Positions 26,913 to 37,009 are shown, counted from the first letter of the stretch. The stretch: 64,000 bases of DNA from a virus (IMGVR_UViG_3300037067_006336:1-64000), one strand, 5' to 3'. Program-made: numbers and translations. The notes: generated by a model not told the origin, from the sequence alone.

Positions 26913-28331
26913 TTACTCCCAGAACTTGAAGTTATTGGTGAGTTCATTTCGTTCTTTCAATGTTTCATCAAGTGTTTCATCTAGTCTTTTCAACCGTGAA
27001 TCTATCTTCTCCTTGGCCTCGGATCCAGTTTCAGAAATTTGTTGCAAGTTCTTCAAATCAGATATGGCATTCGATAATTCTTTTTCAGATTCAACCAGTG
27101 ATACTAGTTTTCTATCACGTTCGCCCACCATAACGATTTCTTTCTCGATCTGTGAGTCAAAGAATTTTGAGACGCCACAAGAATAATTAGACTTACCGTT
27201 TTTCAATATTGATTCTATGGTGTCACTCATGTTGGAGTACGTGTCGAATACCTGGTTGTAAGCCGATACATCGCTTGACCCGATTATCGTTGGTCTCATA
27301 TCAGGCTTACTATCCCTGTTATCAAGGATAACATATGATGATTCATTCATGTTCTTCAACACGTTTAGTTCATCACATGTAACCAGGTCATCAGAGTTCT
27401 TGCAAACGTTGATGAAGTTATCGGCTGCTTGAAGGTACTGGTACTTGTCGAAACCATCAACCATAGTAGGGTTAGACTCGTATGCTTGTACTGATTCTAA
27501 CAAGAGTTGCCTTGCATCATCAAGCGTTATCTGCTCGTTATTGATGCATATATCCCCGGATACAGCATCCAATGTTATGTTGAAATCCCATGAACCAGCA
27601 GGTGAGAACGTGTTACTAGTTACGTCGAATGCTGTTTGATTCAATGATTTCAAATTGTTCTTGATTTGTTCCGGTACCTCGGTTTCTTTCAACGCGGTGT
27701 ACTTCTTGGATGTCCTGTCATACTCCACGGCACATGATTCAAAGAATAACACGTACTTGTTATTCATGATGTCTTCTTTCCTCAAGGCAACAGGGGAATA
27801 GTTGATAATGTTGGCTGACTCGTTCAATGTCTTGATGTTCTTCGATGGTTCTTTCAACTCGAGTGCCTTCTTGACAGATACAAGCAAGTTGGATTTCAAC
27901 GAGTCGAATACACCAGCCTTTATCATTTCCTCTATCTCGGATCCTGGTTTGTTGAATGAATCCTTGAAGTCCTTTATGGTGGAGGATGGACTCGGGTGGT
28001 TAAGCCTGGTCAACGTGCTGAAGTGTTCTTCCTTGCACATGTTAATAAGGAAGTTCAAATCACCCCCCGCATCATCGACTGATTTCTTGCAGAAATTTAC
28101 AAGTTCTTTCAAGCTAACATCATCACCAGCCACTTTCTCCGCACCGGTTATGAAAGCGCGTAACTCCGTCATCGGGGTTTCCGACTCGTTCAATTTCTTG
28201 AGGTTCTCCCTCAGGTATTCCGACCCGCTCAACGTGCTGGCCTCTGTTTGTGATAACTTCTCGATTATGGTTGAAACAACAACCGGATACGAGTTATTAC
28301 CTACTAGTTTCTTTAAAAATTCCTTGTCCAT
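26913..28331 (-). CDS. Probable internal head/virion protein
   Basis: Late-promoter motif upstream; repeated L/M-N-E-S motifs. Confidence 0.55.
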   Translation of the reverse strand: MDKEFLKKLVGNNSYPVVVSTIIEKLSQTEASTLSGSEYLRENLKKLNESETPMTELRAFITGAEKVAGDDVSLKELVNFCKKSVDDAGGDLNFLINMCKEEHFSTLTRLNHPSPSSTIKDFKDSFNKPGSEIEEMIKAGVFDSLKSNLLVSVKKALELKEPSKNIKTLNESANIINYSPVALRKEDIMNNKYVLFFESCAVEYDRTSKKYTALKETEVPEQIKNNLKSLNQTAFDVTSNTFSPAGSWDFNITLDAVSGDICINNEQITLDDARQLLLESVQAYESNPTMVDGFDKYQYLQAADNFINVCKNSDDLVTCDELNVLKNMNESSYVILDNRDSKPDMRPTIIGSSDVSAYNQVFDTYSNMSDTIESILKNGKSNYSCGVSKFFDSQIEKEIVMVGERDRKLVSLVESEKELSNAISDLKNLQQISETGSEAKEKIDSRLKRLDETLDETLKERNELTNNFKFWE

Positions 28332-28348
28332 GATGAGAAATATTTATG

Positions 28349-29617
28349 TTATTTACGTGACCTAGATATCACGTTCAATGGTTTAATGCCGTTAAGGAAG
28401 TTCATCGCGTCCGTTTCATCGATTTCATCCTTGTCGTATATGTACCTGAGCAAGGGTTTCACGATGGTGGATATGAACATCCTGAGTAAATCTGGTTTCG
28501 GTAGGTTCTTTACATCTTTCAACGATACATCATCCGGCACACCTATGACCTTTATACCTGATGACGGGTCACAGTAATAGTAATTCATCTTCTGGCCCTC
28601 GAAAGGTTTCTTGTACTCCGATTCAAGCTTGTTATCCCTTATGAAGTTGAACCACGAAACCGCGACTTGTGCTTGTATGTGTGTCCCAGGTATGATGTAC
28701 TTGTTGCTAACAGGGTCTATGGTTACCGCTTTCAGCCCGGACACGCTGCTTATGTTGTAGAATACATCCTTCTCGCTAGTTGTCCTGACGTGCTGGAATA
28801 TCTTCAAGCACTCGGTACGTAACATATCGGATGTGTAGTTGTTAAACAGGTACTTGTCGATCAATACGCTTAGAATTTTCTTCGCCCTGGGTGACATTCC
28901 TCCCCTCTTCATCTCCACCCCCTTGAATTTTAACTTGGGTACAGGTAACAGTTTACCGTTGTTGTAAATTACCACCATGACGTAATTTTTCTTGGCCCTG
29001 AATATGGTTTTACGGGTCGTTACCTCGTGTGCCATCCTCATGTAACCCTTGCGCATGTTACGCTTGTCACACTCTTCCTCGATGGTTGTCTTGATGATGC
29101 CGTTTATGAATTCCTTCATCATGAAGCAGGAGAAATCAACAAGTTCCTCGTCGGATGCAGGTAATGTCATCCCCATCAAGTTGTAAATCCTCTCCAGGTC
29201 GATGTACCTTGAATCGGTATCACCGTAAAGGCATATATCATCCCTCGTACCAGGCTTATAAGGGAGTTTGTCCAACTTCTCGATGCCGGGGTAAAACCTG
29301 CGTAACACTACTAGTTCGTGTTCGTCCCACGATGCGAACAACCTGTTTATGTTTTTATCGATCAGAACAAGGAAGTGTTTCCCGAGGATAGTTATATCTT
29401 CCGCCACGTCAAAATCACACAATGAGAAGTATATCGAGGCAGACGTACCGTAAAGGGAATTACAATTACGTTTGACTACCTGCTCCAGGTTGTTGTACTC
29501 GTTGAAGACACCATCGACCTCAGCAGATAACTTTTCCAACTCTTCATCAGAAATTGTCGAGATGTCTATTGATTCGAACTTGTTCTTGAAATTATTATAA
29601 TTATCCAGGAAATTCAT
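28349..29617 (-). CDS. gp43B: Family-B DNA polymerase, C-terminal subunit
   Basis: Motif B KRNCNSLYG, motif C YGDTDS, KKNY, KGVE. Confidence 0.9.
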   Translation of the reverse strand: MNFLDNYNNFKNKFESIDISTISDEELEKLSAEVDGVFNEYNNLEQVVKRNCNSLYGTSASIYFSLCDFDVAEDITILGKHFLVLIDKNINRLFASWDEHELVVLRRFYPGIEKLDKLPYKPGTRDDICLYGDTDSRYIDLERIYNLMGMTLPASDEELVDFSCFMMKEFINGIIKTTIEEECDKRNMRKGYMRMAHEVTTRKTIFRAKKNYVMVVIYNNGKLLPVPKLKFKGVEMKRGGMSPRAKKILSVLIDKYLFNNYTSDMLRTECLKIFQHVRTTSEKDVFYNISSVSGLKAVTIDPVSNKYIIPGTHIQAQVAVSWFNFIRDNKLESEYKKPFEGQKMNYYYCDPSSGIKVIGVPDDVSLKDVKNLPKPDLLRMFISTIVKPLLRYIYDKDEIDETDAMNFLNGIKPLNVISRSRK

Positions 29618-29635
29618 GGTGATGACATGGTGTTA

Positions 29636-29671
29636 AAAATAAGGGGGAACATTTGATGAACCCCCTTGTTT
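29636..29671 (-). terminator. Probable terminator
   Basis: AAGGGGG...CCCCCTT with A-tract. Confidence 0.5.
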
Positions 29672-29687
29672 ATTATTGAGAACATGT

Positions 29688-30626
29688 TTACAATTTATAC
29701 TCTGCAAGGTCCATGTTATCAAGGGTTGTTGATAACGTTCCATCATCCTGCATGGTATTGATAGAGATGTTGTGACTATCTGACATGGAGAATAAACAGT
29801 ACATTCTACCGTTTACTGCATCCGTGACGAACCTCCCTATATTATCATTATCCCAGTAGAAATCGAACGAGTGTACGCCACAAACAAGAAGGTCAGCCTT
29901 CGTGATATTGAACTTCGTCATGTGTTCTTCCTTCAAATCGGTAACACATTTAACATCTATATCGAACACCTTGTCGAATGCCCTGATTGATTGATCCTTT
30001 GCCTCGAATGATAGCAATGGGCTGTTATTGGCGATTGATTTATGAAGGTCTTTTACCAGGTTAAGTATCTCGGACATGGTTCCTTTCTCGATGATAGCCT
30101 TGGACATGTTATCCCGTGGTGTCATCTCTGCCAATAATTCATCGTAATCATCGATCACGTTTGTTGACATCTCGTCTTCAGCCAGGGTGAACGACGTGAT
30201 TAGTGGTGAACCTGCCTTCGAGTGCCCGCTTATCTTCATACTGTTAGCCTGGAATCCATCTTTAGATTTTCCATCAACGATGGAGAACTCCAGGTTGATC
30301 AGGTCATTCCCGAAAACCCCCAGGAATTTCCTCAATGCCTGACCGTTCAAGAAGTAAACATCGAAAGGTTCGAAATCGAACACCGGTTTTACAGGTTCCG
30401 AGTCAAGATCTATTACCCCGCTACCCGTTAACGGTTCTTTCAACGCGATGAACTTGTCAAGGTCTACCTCGATGTACTTGGTTAGTGTCTTGGCGGTGGT
30501 CTGGCTTATACACTTGATATTACCCTTGCTGAAGTTAAGCAGGATGTGGTTATCAACGATTAATGATTCCCGGAGGATATCAAGTAACATCCCCAGTCTG
30601 AAATTCTCGATTTTAACGTTATTCAT
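29688..30626 (-). CDS. Putative sliding clamp (gp45/PCNA-like)
   Basis: Size, position between the polymerase halves, clamp-like N-terminal pattern. Confidence 0.5.
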   Translation of the reverse strand: MNNVKIENFRLGMLLDILRESLIVDNHILLNFSKGNIKCISQTTAKTLTKYIEVDLDKFIALKEPLTGSGVIDLDSEPVKPVFDFEPFDVYFLNGQALRKFLGVFGNDLINLEFSIVDGKSKDGFQANSMKISGHSKAGSPLITSFTLAEDEMSTNVIDDYDELLAEMTPRDNMSKAIIEKGTMSEILNLVKDLHKSIANNSPLLSFEAKDQSIRAFDKVFDIDVKCVTDLKEEHMTKFNITKADLLVCGVHSFDFYWDNDNIGRFVTDAVNGRMYCLFSMSDSHNISINTMQDDGTLSTTLDNMDLAEYKL

Positions 30627-30654
30627 GATATTTCAATTATTTAGATTATTTGTT

Positions 30655-31215
30655 TTACTTGGTTAATTTTGCCACGAGTTCAACGAGTTTAAGATCGTCA
30701 ATATCGTGGTACATTTCAGCTTTAAACTCGGTAATGAACCCCGTGAGGTCGTCTGGAAACCCTGATTTTAAATGTCTACCACACCTCAAGTGCCTGTAGT
30801 GGTTGTTCCTCTTGATGATCGATACTATTTCGGTTCTGATATCACATTCCACGGTATTTTCATCCATATCCTGCGGTTTATTTTTCTCTGCCTCTAGCTT
30901 GGCTTTTTCTTCTGCCTCTAGTTCTTCATCTTCCAAGTCGGTATCGGATTCATCAACTTCTTCATCAGATTCTGTTTCCTCATCCTTGGTACTTGCACCA
31001 GTTACAGGGGCATTATAATCTTCCTTTGTAACATCCGCTTTCTCCTTTTCGAATTCAATGTTAGATTCCTCGAGTTCTTCCCCGTTATTTGTATTTGTTC
31101 CAGTCACGACGGGAATCTCATCATCCTTCATTACGTTATCGATAACCTTGTCCATGGCATCCGATACTGCCTTGTTAGTCTCTGGCATAGTGTTGTTTTC
31201 TTGACCTGTTTCCAT
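30655..31215 (-). CDS. Acidic hypothetical protein
   Basis: E/D-rich 186-aa ORF. Confidence 0.7.
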   Translation of the reverse strand: METGQENNTMPETNKAVSDAMDKVIDNVMKDDEIPVVTGTNTNNGEELEESNIEFEKEKADVTKEDYNAPVTGASTKDEETESDEEVDESDTDLEDEELEAEEKAKLEAEKNKPQDMDENTVECDIRTEIVSIIKRNNHYRHLRCGRHLKSGFPDDLTGFITEFKAEMYHDIDDLKLVELVAKLTK

Positions 31216-31236
31216 TTTATATCACGTGTTAAAAAT

Positions 31237-31695
31237 TTACATGCAGTTGAGGGCGTACGCGAAGGGTGATACGAAGGCGAAGAACCTTATCGCTAAAACG
31301 CTTAATACCCCTCCCTTATCCAGTATAAACAACATCACCCTGCCGGTGAACGATGAATTTGAATCGTACTCGAATTCTTTCCCCGTTATCTTGTTGTATA
31401 ATGTAGGGTAAACTGACAGGTTGAAACACGCGTAAAAAGCCGTTAACCTGGCTGCCTCTACCATGAATTCCCACGGTGTGAACGTTTGCCACGCGTCGAA
31501 GTTCCTGGCAGCATAAACCACTAGACCCAACATTATCAACTTGGTCAATGTTTGTGACCCGTGCGTTATCATGTTGCATGATTTCTTTTCCCTTGTTGTC
31601 ATGTGAAGTGTGAATGACCTCTTGATGTACCCGTGCTCTATGGCATCGGAAACCACCATGACAAGTAATAGCAAGCATGTTATCATCTGTTCCAT
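31237..31695 (-). CDS. Hypothetical membrane protein
   Basis: Several hydrophobic segments. Confidence 0.65.
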   Translation of the reverse strand: MEQMITCLLLLVMVVSDAIEHGYIKRSFTLHMTTREKKSCNMITHGSQTLTKLIMLGLVVYAARNFDAWQTFTPWEFMVEAARLTAFYACFNLSVYPTLYNKITGKEFEYDSNSSFTGRVMLFILDKGGVLSVLAIRFFAFVSPFAYALNCM

Positions 31696-31736
31696 TTATA
31701 GAATATTTAAAAGTTAGTATTTATTTACCGGTCATC

Positions 31737-32405
31737 TTACTCCTTACCCCTTGAACCGAAAGCACCGTCCCTGTATTTCCTCCTGTAATACACTTCTTCC
31801 AGGTTATCGAATTCATCCCCAGGTACCTTCACTAGTGAAACATCATCAAACCTCTTCAATACCAGCTGGCATACCTTGTGACCAGGTATTAAGGTAACTG
31901 GGGAACCATTAATGGTATTGGGTTGGATGCATATACCACGGGTGTGGTTGTTATCTATCAACCCGAGTACCGGTTCGAAACCATCGGCGAAGTTTGATGA
32001 TTTAGGGCGTATGTCAAGGTAGTGGTAACGTGGAACTAGGAACTTGATACCAAGTGGAACGTTCAATGGCACGAATAAACGGATAGAATATATGTCCTTG
32101 TATGGTGAAGTCTTATAATAAAGTTCATATAAATTATTGGATAAAAAATTCTTGTCAAAATCATACCAATTACCACGTATCGTTGATACGGGTAATGTTC
32201 CTCTGATTCCCCTCCACTTATCTAAACCTTCCACCTGCAAACACTTGTTAAGCCTAACCAGTTCAATAAGGAACGCTTCGTTAATTTCAGGCATGTAAAC
32301 ATCAAAACCAGCATCAGCCACCCCATTCCCATCACTTACCGGGTTAACCGGGTCTTTCACGTCAAGGTACGTGCTGAATTGAATTGTTTTAAACTTGTTT
32401 TCCAT
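31737..32405 (-). CDS. dut: Trimeric dUTPase-like protein
   Basis: DAGFDV, PKSS, GLID, KVCQL, RDGAFGSRG. Confidence 0.85.
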   Translation of the reverse strand: MENKFKTIQFSTYLDVKDPVNPVSDGNGVADAGFDVYMPEINEAFLIELVRLNKCLQVEGLDKWRGIRGTLPVSTIRGNWYDFDKNFLSNNLYELYYKTSPYKDIYSIRLFVPLNVPLGIKFLVPRYHYLDIRPKSSNFADGFEPVLGLIDNNHTRGICIQPNTINGSPVTLIPGHKVCQLVLKRFDDVSLVKVPGDEFDNLEEVYYRRKYRDGAFGSRGKE

Positions 32406-32418
32406 CTTGATTATCTTT

Positions 32419-33957
32419 TTAATGGGAACTTGTAGTTATCCCCCTTCGTTTCTTCTCGTCATCTATTTTCTTCTGCATGTTAAGGTACACGTCGGCGGCC
32501 GCATCCTTGAAAATCTTGCGTTCACCTATCAACCTCTTCTCGATACGAACGTACAATGTTTCCTTGCTAACATCGTATATTCTACCTGTGGGTGTCAACG
32601 CACAACCTTGACTCCTGTATTCTTCCCACTTCTTCTTATCATTGTTAGTAAGAGGGAAACCATCATGGTTAACCTGAATTGAGTCAACCTTACCGTCAGG
32701 GCTGAGCCCCCCTGTTATGATACCGTTGGGGTACAGGGAATTCATGTCAACACCTATCGCGGAACCTGTTTCCTTCTTGGTGGGGTCTTTCACGTAACCC
32801 CCCGGGTAAGGACGGTACTGGTTCCCGGTGTGTTCCGAGTCAAGCAACACGGTGTTCTCCATCATTAGCTGGTTGTAAACCAGTGCCTCGGATATCGCGT
32901 TCTGTGTTACCATCTCGTACGCCATCGTGTTATAGTAAGACTGGAACAAGTCAACGTTAAGTAGTGATGTTTTCTTGTGAAGTAACATGACGAGGATAGT
33001 GTCTGTAAGTGCATACGCGATGTACCTCAGGTAATCGGAGTTGTATAATGTCCTCAAGTTGCCCTGGTACGATACCTTGTGCAAACCTAGTACTTCCTCT
33101 GCAACACCGTCAAGAGAGTAGTTACCCAGGCTAGAGTAAACCTGTGAACCCTTGAACAACATCATGTAATCACTGAAAATCCTGTGAGATGGTATCTTGT
33201 ATTCTATGCTGGTATTATCATTTATGTCTACCTTCTTATCCTGTAGTCTTTGCCTTGGTGATGCCTTGGCGAATGACAACCCTATCCTTGCCATCCTGTT
33301 ACACAGGTAACGCACGTCGTAATCGTATATGTTCCACCCTATATTCGTGTGGAAGTACTTGTTTACGTTCTCGCAGAATGATGATAACAGTTCGTATTCC
33401 GTCTCGAAGAACTTTACCTCGTAATTGTACTCGTGTTTCTCGTAGTAATCGCCGAGCTGTTCACGTAATATGTTGTTGATGTAACCCCTGTCAATATCAT
33501 TGATGCCGTTCAAGGTGTTGTACTTCGGGTGGTTCATGGTGAACACAACGGAATTCAATTCCTGGTCGGTAACCGTTATGGTGGTTACCGGGTTGAAAGC
33601 ATCTTCTTGAGATGAGTAACCGTGTTCATCAGTGGGGAGTACCTCGATATCAAATGATAACGGGTTAGGGAAATTCAATTTCTTTATTGCAAGATCAAGG
33701 GCAGCATCGTAATTCTTCAGGTCACGGTCAATGAAGTAATTCATGTTGTGATTCTTGAAGTAATGTGCTTTCTCCTTCATCACGTTACTACCCTTGAATG
33801 ATTTCAAACCGGGGATGACCAGGGGATGATACTCGTCACATTCAACCAGACGGTAAAAATCATCACCTATATTAACGTTTCCTACTTCGATCTGCCCTTC
33901 ATCGTTGATGAACGATATATCAATATTATCTCTTTTCTGGGAGTAATAAACTATCAT
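32419..33957 (-). CDS. gp43A: Family-B DNA polymerase, N-terminal subunit (3'-5' exonuclease + motif A)
   Basis: FDIEV, GWNIYDYD, YALTD, YPGGYV, DMNSLYPN; ends just after RKIFK. Confidence 0.9.
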   Translation of the reverse strand: MIVYYSQKRDNIDISFINDEGQIEVGNVNIGDDFYRLVECDEYHPLVIPGLKSFKGSNVMKEKAHYFKNHNMNYFIDRDLKNYDAALDLAIKKLNFPNPLSFDIEVLPTDEHGYSSQEDAFNPVTTITVTDQELNSVVFTMNHPKYNTLNGINDIDRGYINNILREQLGDYYEKHEYNYEVKFFETEYELLSSFCENVNKYFHTNIGWNIYDYDVRYLCNRMARIGLSFAKASPRQRLQDKKVDINDNTSIEYKIPSHRIFSDYMMLFKGSQVYSSLGNYSLDGVAEEVLGLHKVSYQGNLRTLYNSDYLRYIAYALTDTILVMLLHKKTSLLNVDLFQSYYNTMAYEMVTQNAISEALVYNQLMMENTVLLDSEHTGNQYRPYPGGYVKDPTKKETGSAIGVDMNSLYPNGIITGGLSPDGKVDSIQVNHDGFPLTNNDKKKWEEYRSQGCALTPTGRIYDVSKETLYVRIEKRLIGERKIFKDAAADVYLNMQKKIDDEKKRRGITTSSH

Positions 33958-33977
33958 GGTAAATTATCTGTGGTAAT

Positions 33978-34295
33978 TTAATTCCATATCATCTCATGAA
34001 ACATTTTATCAGTTTTTTCGATATATGTCTTGAAACCATCCTGCATGATGTAATTCTGGTCATCAGCTTCTAGTTTCTTCATGATATCATTCAACTGGTT
34101 GTTTAATCTTATGCATGTTCCTTTTATTGCTTTTGCATGTTCCTGGTCAGTCATGTTATTCTTGTCATTAACTGCCTCATTGAGACGTTTTAACATGCAA
34201 CCCATGATATCACGTATCATGTGAGATAGTTTTTCACTCGAGTCAACTGGTTCACTGGATGAAATTATCATCCTCACTTCATCTTCAAGGAACAT
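33978..34295 (-). CDS. Hypothetical protein
   Basis: 105-aa ORF. Confidence 0.65.
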   Translation of the reverse strand: MFLEDEVRMIISSSEPVDSSEKLSHMIRDIMGCMLKRLNEAVNDKNNMTDQEHAKAIKGTCIRLNNQLNDIMKKLEADDQNYIMQDGFKTYIEKTDKMFHEMIWN

Positions 34296-34296
34296 A

Positions 34297-34470
34297 TTAC
34301 TTGCTTTCTTGTTTATCCTGTACTTGGGTGTTATTCCCCTTGATAACAGATACTTGTTGATCCCTCAATGCAGATTTACACGAGTCGTCATCATGAACGT
34401 GATGATTCATATCCTCCATGAGGTTCACTAACCCTGTCGATCCTTGATCTTGTATTTCCTTGTGGCACAT
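34297..34470 (-). CDS. Small hypothetical protein (57 aa)
   Basis: Read manually; stop abuts the next ATG. Confidence 0.4.
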   Translation of the reverse strand: MCHKEIQDQGSTGLVNLMEDMNHHVHDDDSCKSALRDQQVSVIKGNNTQVQDKQESK

Positions 34471-34517
34471 ATCATGTATTTTAAAAAAGAATATTATGAT
34501 ATATCCTGTAAATGTCG

Positions 34518-35195
34518 TTATTTAACCATGATGTAACCACTACGAGGGGTACTTGATACGATGCCGTTCTCGATGAAAGTTATCTTGTAAGCCTTGAAAT
34601 CACCGCTGTCACCAGTAGCGTACCTCTCCAGGCGGGCATGTACCAGCTTCTCATTGGCGAACTCAGCGTAACCATCCGTACCTATAACCGGGTTATTGTC
34701 ACCATCGAGAACCATGTCCCCTGTTATGACTTGTATGTTTGGTGCCTTGATGTCGGTAACGATTGTGAACTGAACGGAGTTGGTGAACGTGAAACGGTAG
34801 TAAAAATCATTACCCGATATACACGTCCAGTAAAGGGATGTCAGCGTTGACGGGGGGGTTGATACCGGCACTTCCATGTTTGCCACGTATATCCTGTTAC
34901 CGCTGTAAACCGTGTCATCCTTGTGGTAAACCTGGTTGTCATCGTACCTGGATAACGACACTCTCATGTTCTGTTTCGACCAGTGCGACAAGTTACTTCC
35001 ATCACCGCTAGACAGGTAGTAAAAACACTTGTCATCCGATACCCAAACCAGCTTGTTAACGTAGTTGTAATTAGTGTTGAAAGTTAGCAGATCAGCCGTG
35101 GTTGACACCACGCTACCCTTCACAAGCGGGCCTTTGAACATCAACTCTAGTTGGGCTAACTGTGGTTGAACCTTGTTTATCACCTGGTCTGACAT
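34518..35195 (-). CDS. Virion protein with a CBM5/12-like carbohydrate-binding module
   Basis: YDDNQVYHKDDTVYSGNRIYVAN...TPP...YW; late-promoter motif upstream. Confidence 0.5.
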   Translation of the reverse strand: MSDQVINKVQPQLAQLELMFKGPLVKGSVVSTTADLLTFNTNYNYVNKLVWVSDDKCFYYLSSGDGSNLSHWSKQNMRVSLSRYDDNQVYHKDDTVYSGNRIYVANMEVPVSTPPSTLTSLYWTCISGNDFYYRFTFTNSVQFTIVTDIKAPNIQVITGDMVLDGDNNPVIGTDGYAEFANEKLVHARLERYATGDSGDFKAYKITFIENGIVSSTPRSGYIMVK

Positions 35196-35237
35196 GATTT
35201 ATCCTTTCTTGTTCGTGTTCCATATTTACCCAGGGTA

Positions 35238-35278
35238 ATAAAAAGGAGGGGAGTTACCGGAAACGGTAACTCCCCTCC
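35238..35278 (-). terminator. Strong intrinsic terminator
   Basis: Perfect 15-bp stem GGAGGGGAGTTACCG/CGGTAACTCCCCTCC with U-tract on the - strand. Confidence 0.9.
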
Positions 35279-35299
35279 CCCAAATATCCTGTAAACATG

Positions 35300-36820
35300 T
35301 TACAGTATGTTCATGATGTCTTGTATCGCGCCTGCTTTAGACAGGTCGTTACCACCGATATTTTGTTGTATGCCGGCTGGGACTTGTTGCAACACCTGGG
35401 GGGCAACTTTCTGCATTGACGTTTGAACGGCGAACTGCATTGGTATTTCCTGTGATAGTTGTTGCACCACGTTCTGTTTAACTGCTTCCACTTGAGCGGG
35501 GGTAAGGTTCAACATGGCTAACCCGGTATCGAGTGCTTCCTTGACGTTCTCACCTGCCTCGATAGAAGCCATGATCTCGGAGGTTAACTCGTTTAACGTG
35601 ATTCCTCTCGATTGTAACGTTTTAGCCGTTACCTTTCCAGAATAAAGTGAAAGACCAGCTTTCAATTCCTTCAACTTAGCGTTATTATGTGATATCATTG
35701 ACTGGATCGAGCGTTTCTTGGCGGGATCATAAGAACCGCTGGCAAGCAATTCCATGTATTTCACGTTTGATTTGACAAGTTCAGAGATGCGTGTCTCGAT
35801 CTCTGCTTTCCTCGTTACCATAACGTCTTCTGGGGTGGCGTAAGGTTTCAAGATGTAATCACTGATCACTGGATCACCCACCTTGGCTAGTAATGATGTG
35901 GCGAGTTCGATGTCACCATCGTTGTACATGTCTGCTGCCGTAGCAACGACTTTCTTCAGGTTAGGTGGCAAGGCGGCAATCTTGGCTTTCGCGTCAGAAT
36001 TCACGTTACCAAGGTCAGACTCGTACTTCTCCATGGCGGCTATAACATCATCGATGTTACCTGCTCCTGTCAACCCGAACTGTTTACCCAGGTTGGCTAT
36101 CTGGCGGATTTCAGCCTCGGTATTGAATTTCGATTGCTGTAACCCGGCACGTTTCTGCTCGATGCTCGCTATCTGGGCATTTGCCGCAGATATCAACTTG
36201 GCTTTTTTAGCTTTCAACTCGGCCTTGATCTTCTCTGGCGTGCGTTTGTCCTCTTTAGCTTTGTTTAGTTTCTCTTTCTTGGCTGCCGTCATCAATGCAC
36301 CCGTGCGGACTGCTGACTCACCTGTACACATCAGGATGAACATAGCCCCGGGTATGGCGTAACGTTTCGATGCTGCTTTCTCGAACGTTGTCACGATGGA
36401 TTGTCCGGAAATAACATTAGTTACTGTTTCATCTAACGTGTCCCCGAAATTGTTAACGTCCTTGTCAGGCATCACCACAAGAGCCACGATTGAATCGTCA
36501 TTGTTGAACGATGCCTTGTCAGCATCGTTCAACCCGCCGACGAACTCCTCGATCTTCTCTGCACCATCGTTGAACAAGTACCCGTATGACTTGAAACCTA
36601 TGAGCTTGAAGTTGGGTGCTTTCTTGGCACCGGCAGCACCCTTGCTTGCAGATTTCAACAAGTAAACGTGGTTCATCACCTTGGCGATGACATCCGGTCG
36701 TTTCAAGATAGTCTGCAACACGGTTGCATCAAGACCGTGACTGCCGAGAATAGCCCTCGGGTTTTCCTTTACCTGTTCCAGGGTGTTAGCCAGGAACTCC
36801 TCTTTAGTTATTTTTCCCAT
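35300..36820 (-). CDS. Ala/Lys/Gln-rich coiled-coil protein
   Basis: Likely start MGKIT at 36820; the ORF-track extension runs into the structured leader. Confidence 0.8.
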   Translation of the reverse strand: MGKITKEEFLANTLEQVKENPRAILGSHGLDATVLQTILKRPDVIAKVMNHVYLLKSASKGAAGAKKAPNFKLIGFKSYGYLFNDGAEKIEEFVGGLNDADKASFNNDDSIVALVVMPDKDVNNFGDTLDETVTNVISGQSIVTTFEKAASKRYAIPGAMFILMCTGESAVRTGALMTAAKKEKLNKAKEDKRTPEKIKAELKAKKAKLISAANAQIASIEQKRAGLQQSKFNTEAEIRQIANLGKQFGLTGAGNIDDVIAAMEKYESDLGNVNSDAKAKIAALPPNLKKVVATAADMYNDGDIELATSLLAKVGDPVISDYILKPYATPEDVMVTRKAEIETRISELVKSNVKYMELLASGSYDPAKKRSIQSMISHNNAKLKELKAGLSLYSGKVTAKTLQSRGITLNELTSEIMASIEAGENVKEALDTGLAMLNLTPAQVEAVKQNVVQQLSQEIPMQFAVQTSMQKVAPQVLQQVPAGIQQNIGGNDLSKAGAIQDIMNIL

Positions 36821-36852
36821 TGTTAGTAAAATTAAATTGTTGATTAACCAAA

Positions 36853-36973
36853 CCCCGGTTCCCGTGGCGTTGGCGCTTTTCACCGATCTCTCGGCTCGTT
36901 CCCAAGGTTACTAGCGTGTCGCGACCAACACCACCAACCCGCGGGAACCGTACACGCGGCCCGTTCCAACCGG
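36853..36973 (-). ncRNA. Candidate structured RNA / 5' leader
   Basis: GC-rich intergenic; long closing stems, CCGA-GAGA-UCGG tetraloop hairpin, G-U pairs on the - strand. Confidence 0.55.
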
Positions 36974-37009
36974 TTATTTTAAACTTGAATATATTTACGG
37001 TGTTACCGT

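Noticed and set aside
29618-32418. Intron or intein interrupting the polymerase
   Set aside because: The intervening DNA is ordinary genes; no homing endonuclease or splicing signatures seen
36853-36973. Hammerhead ribozyme or tRNA
   Set aside because: GAG-stem-UGAAA is present but the CUGANGA core is missing; a 7-bp stem + GCCA exists but there are no T-loop or D-loop consensus sequences
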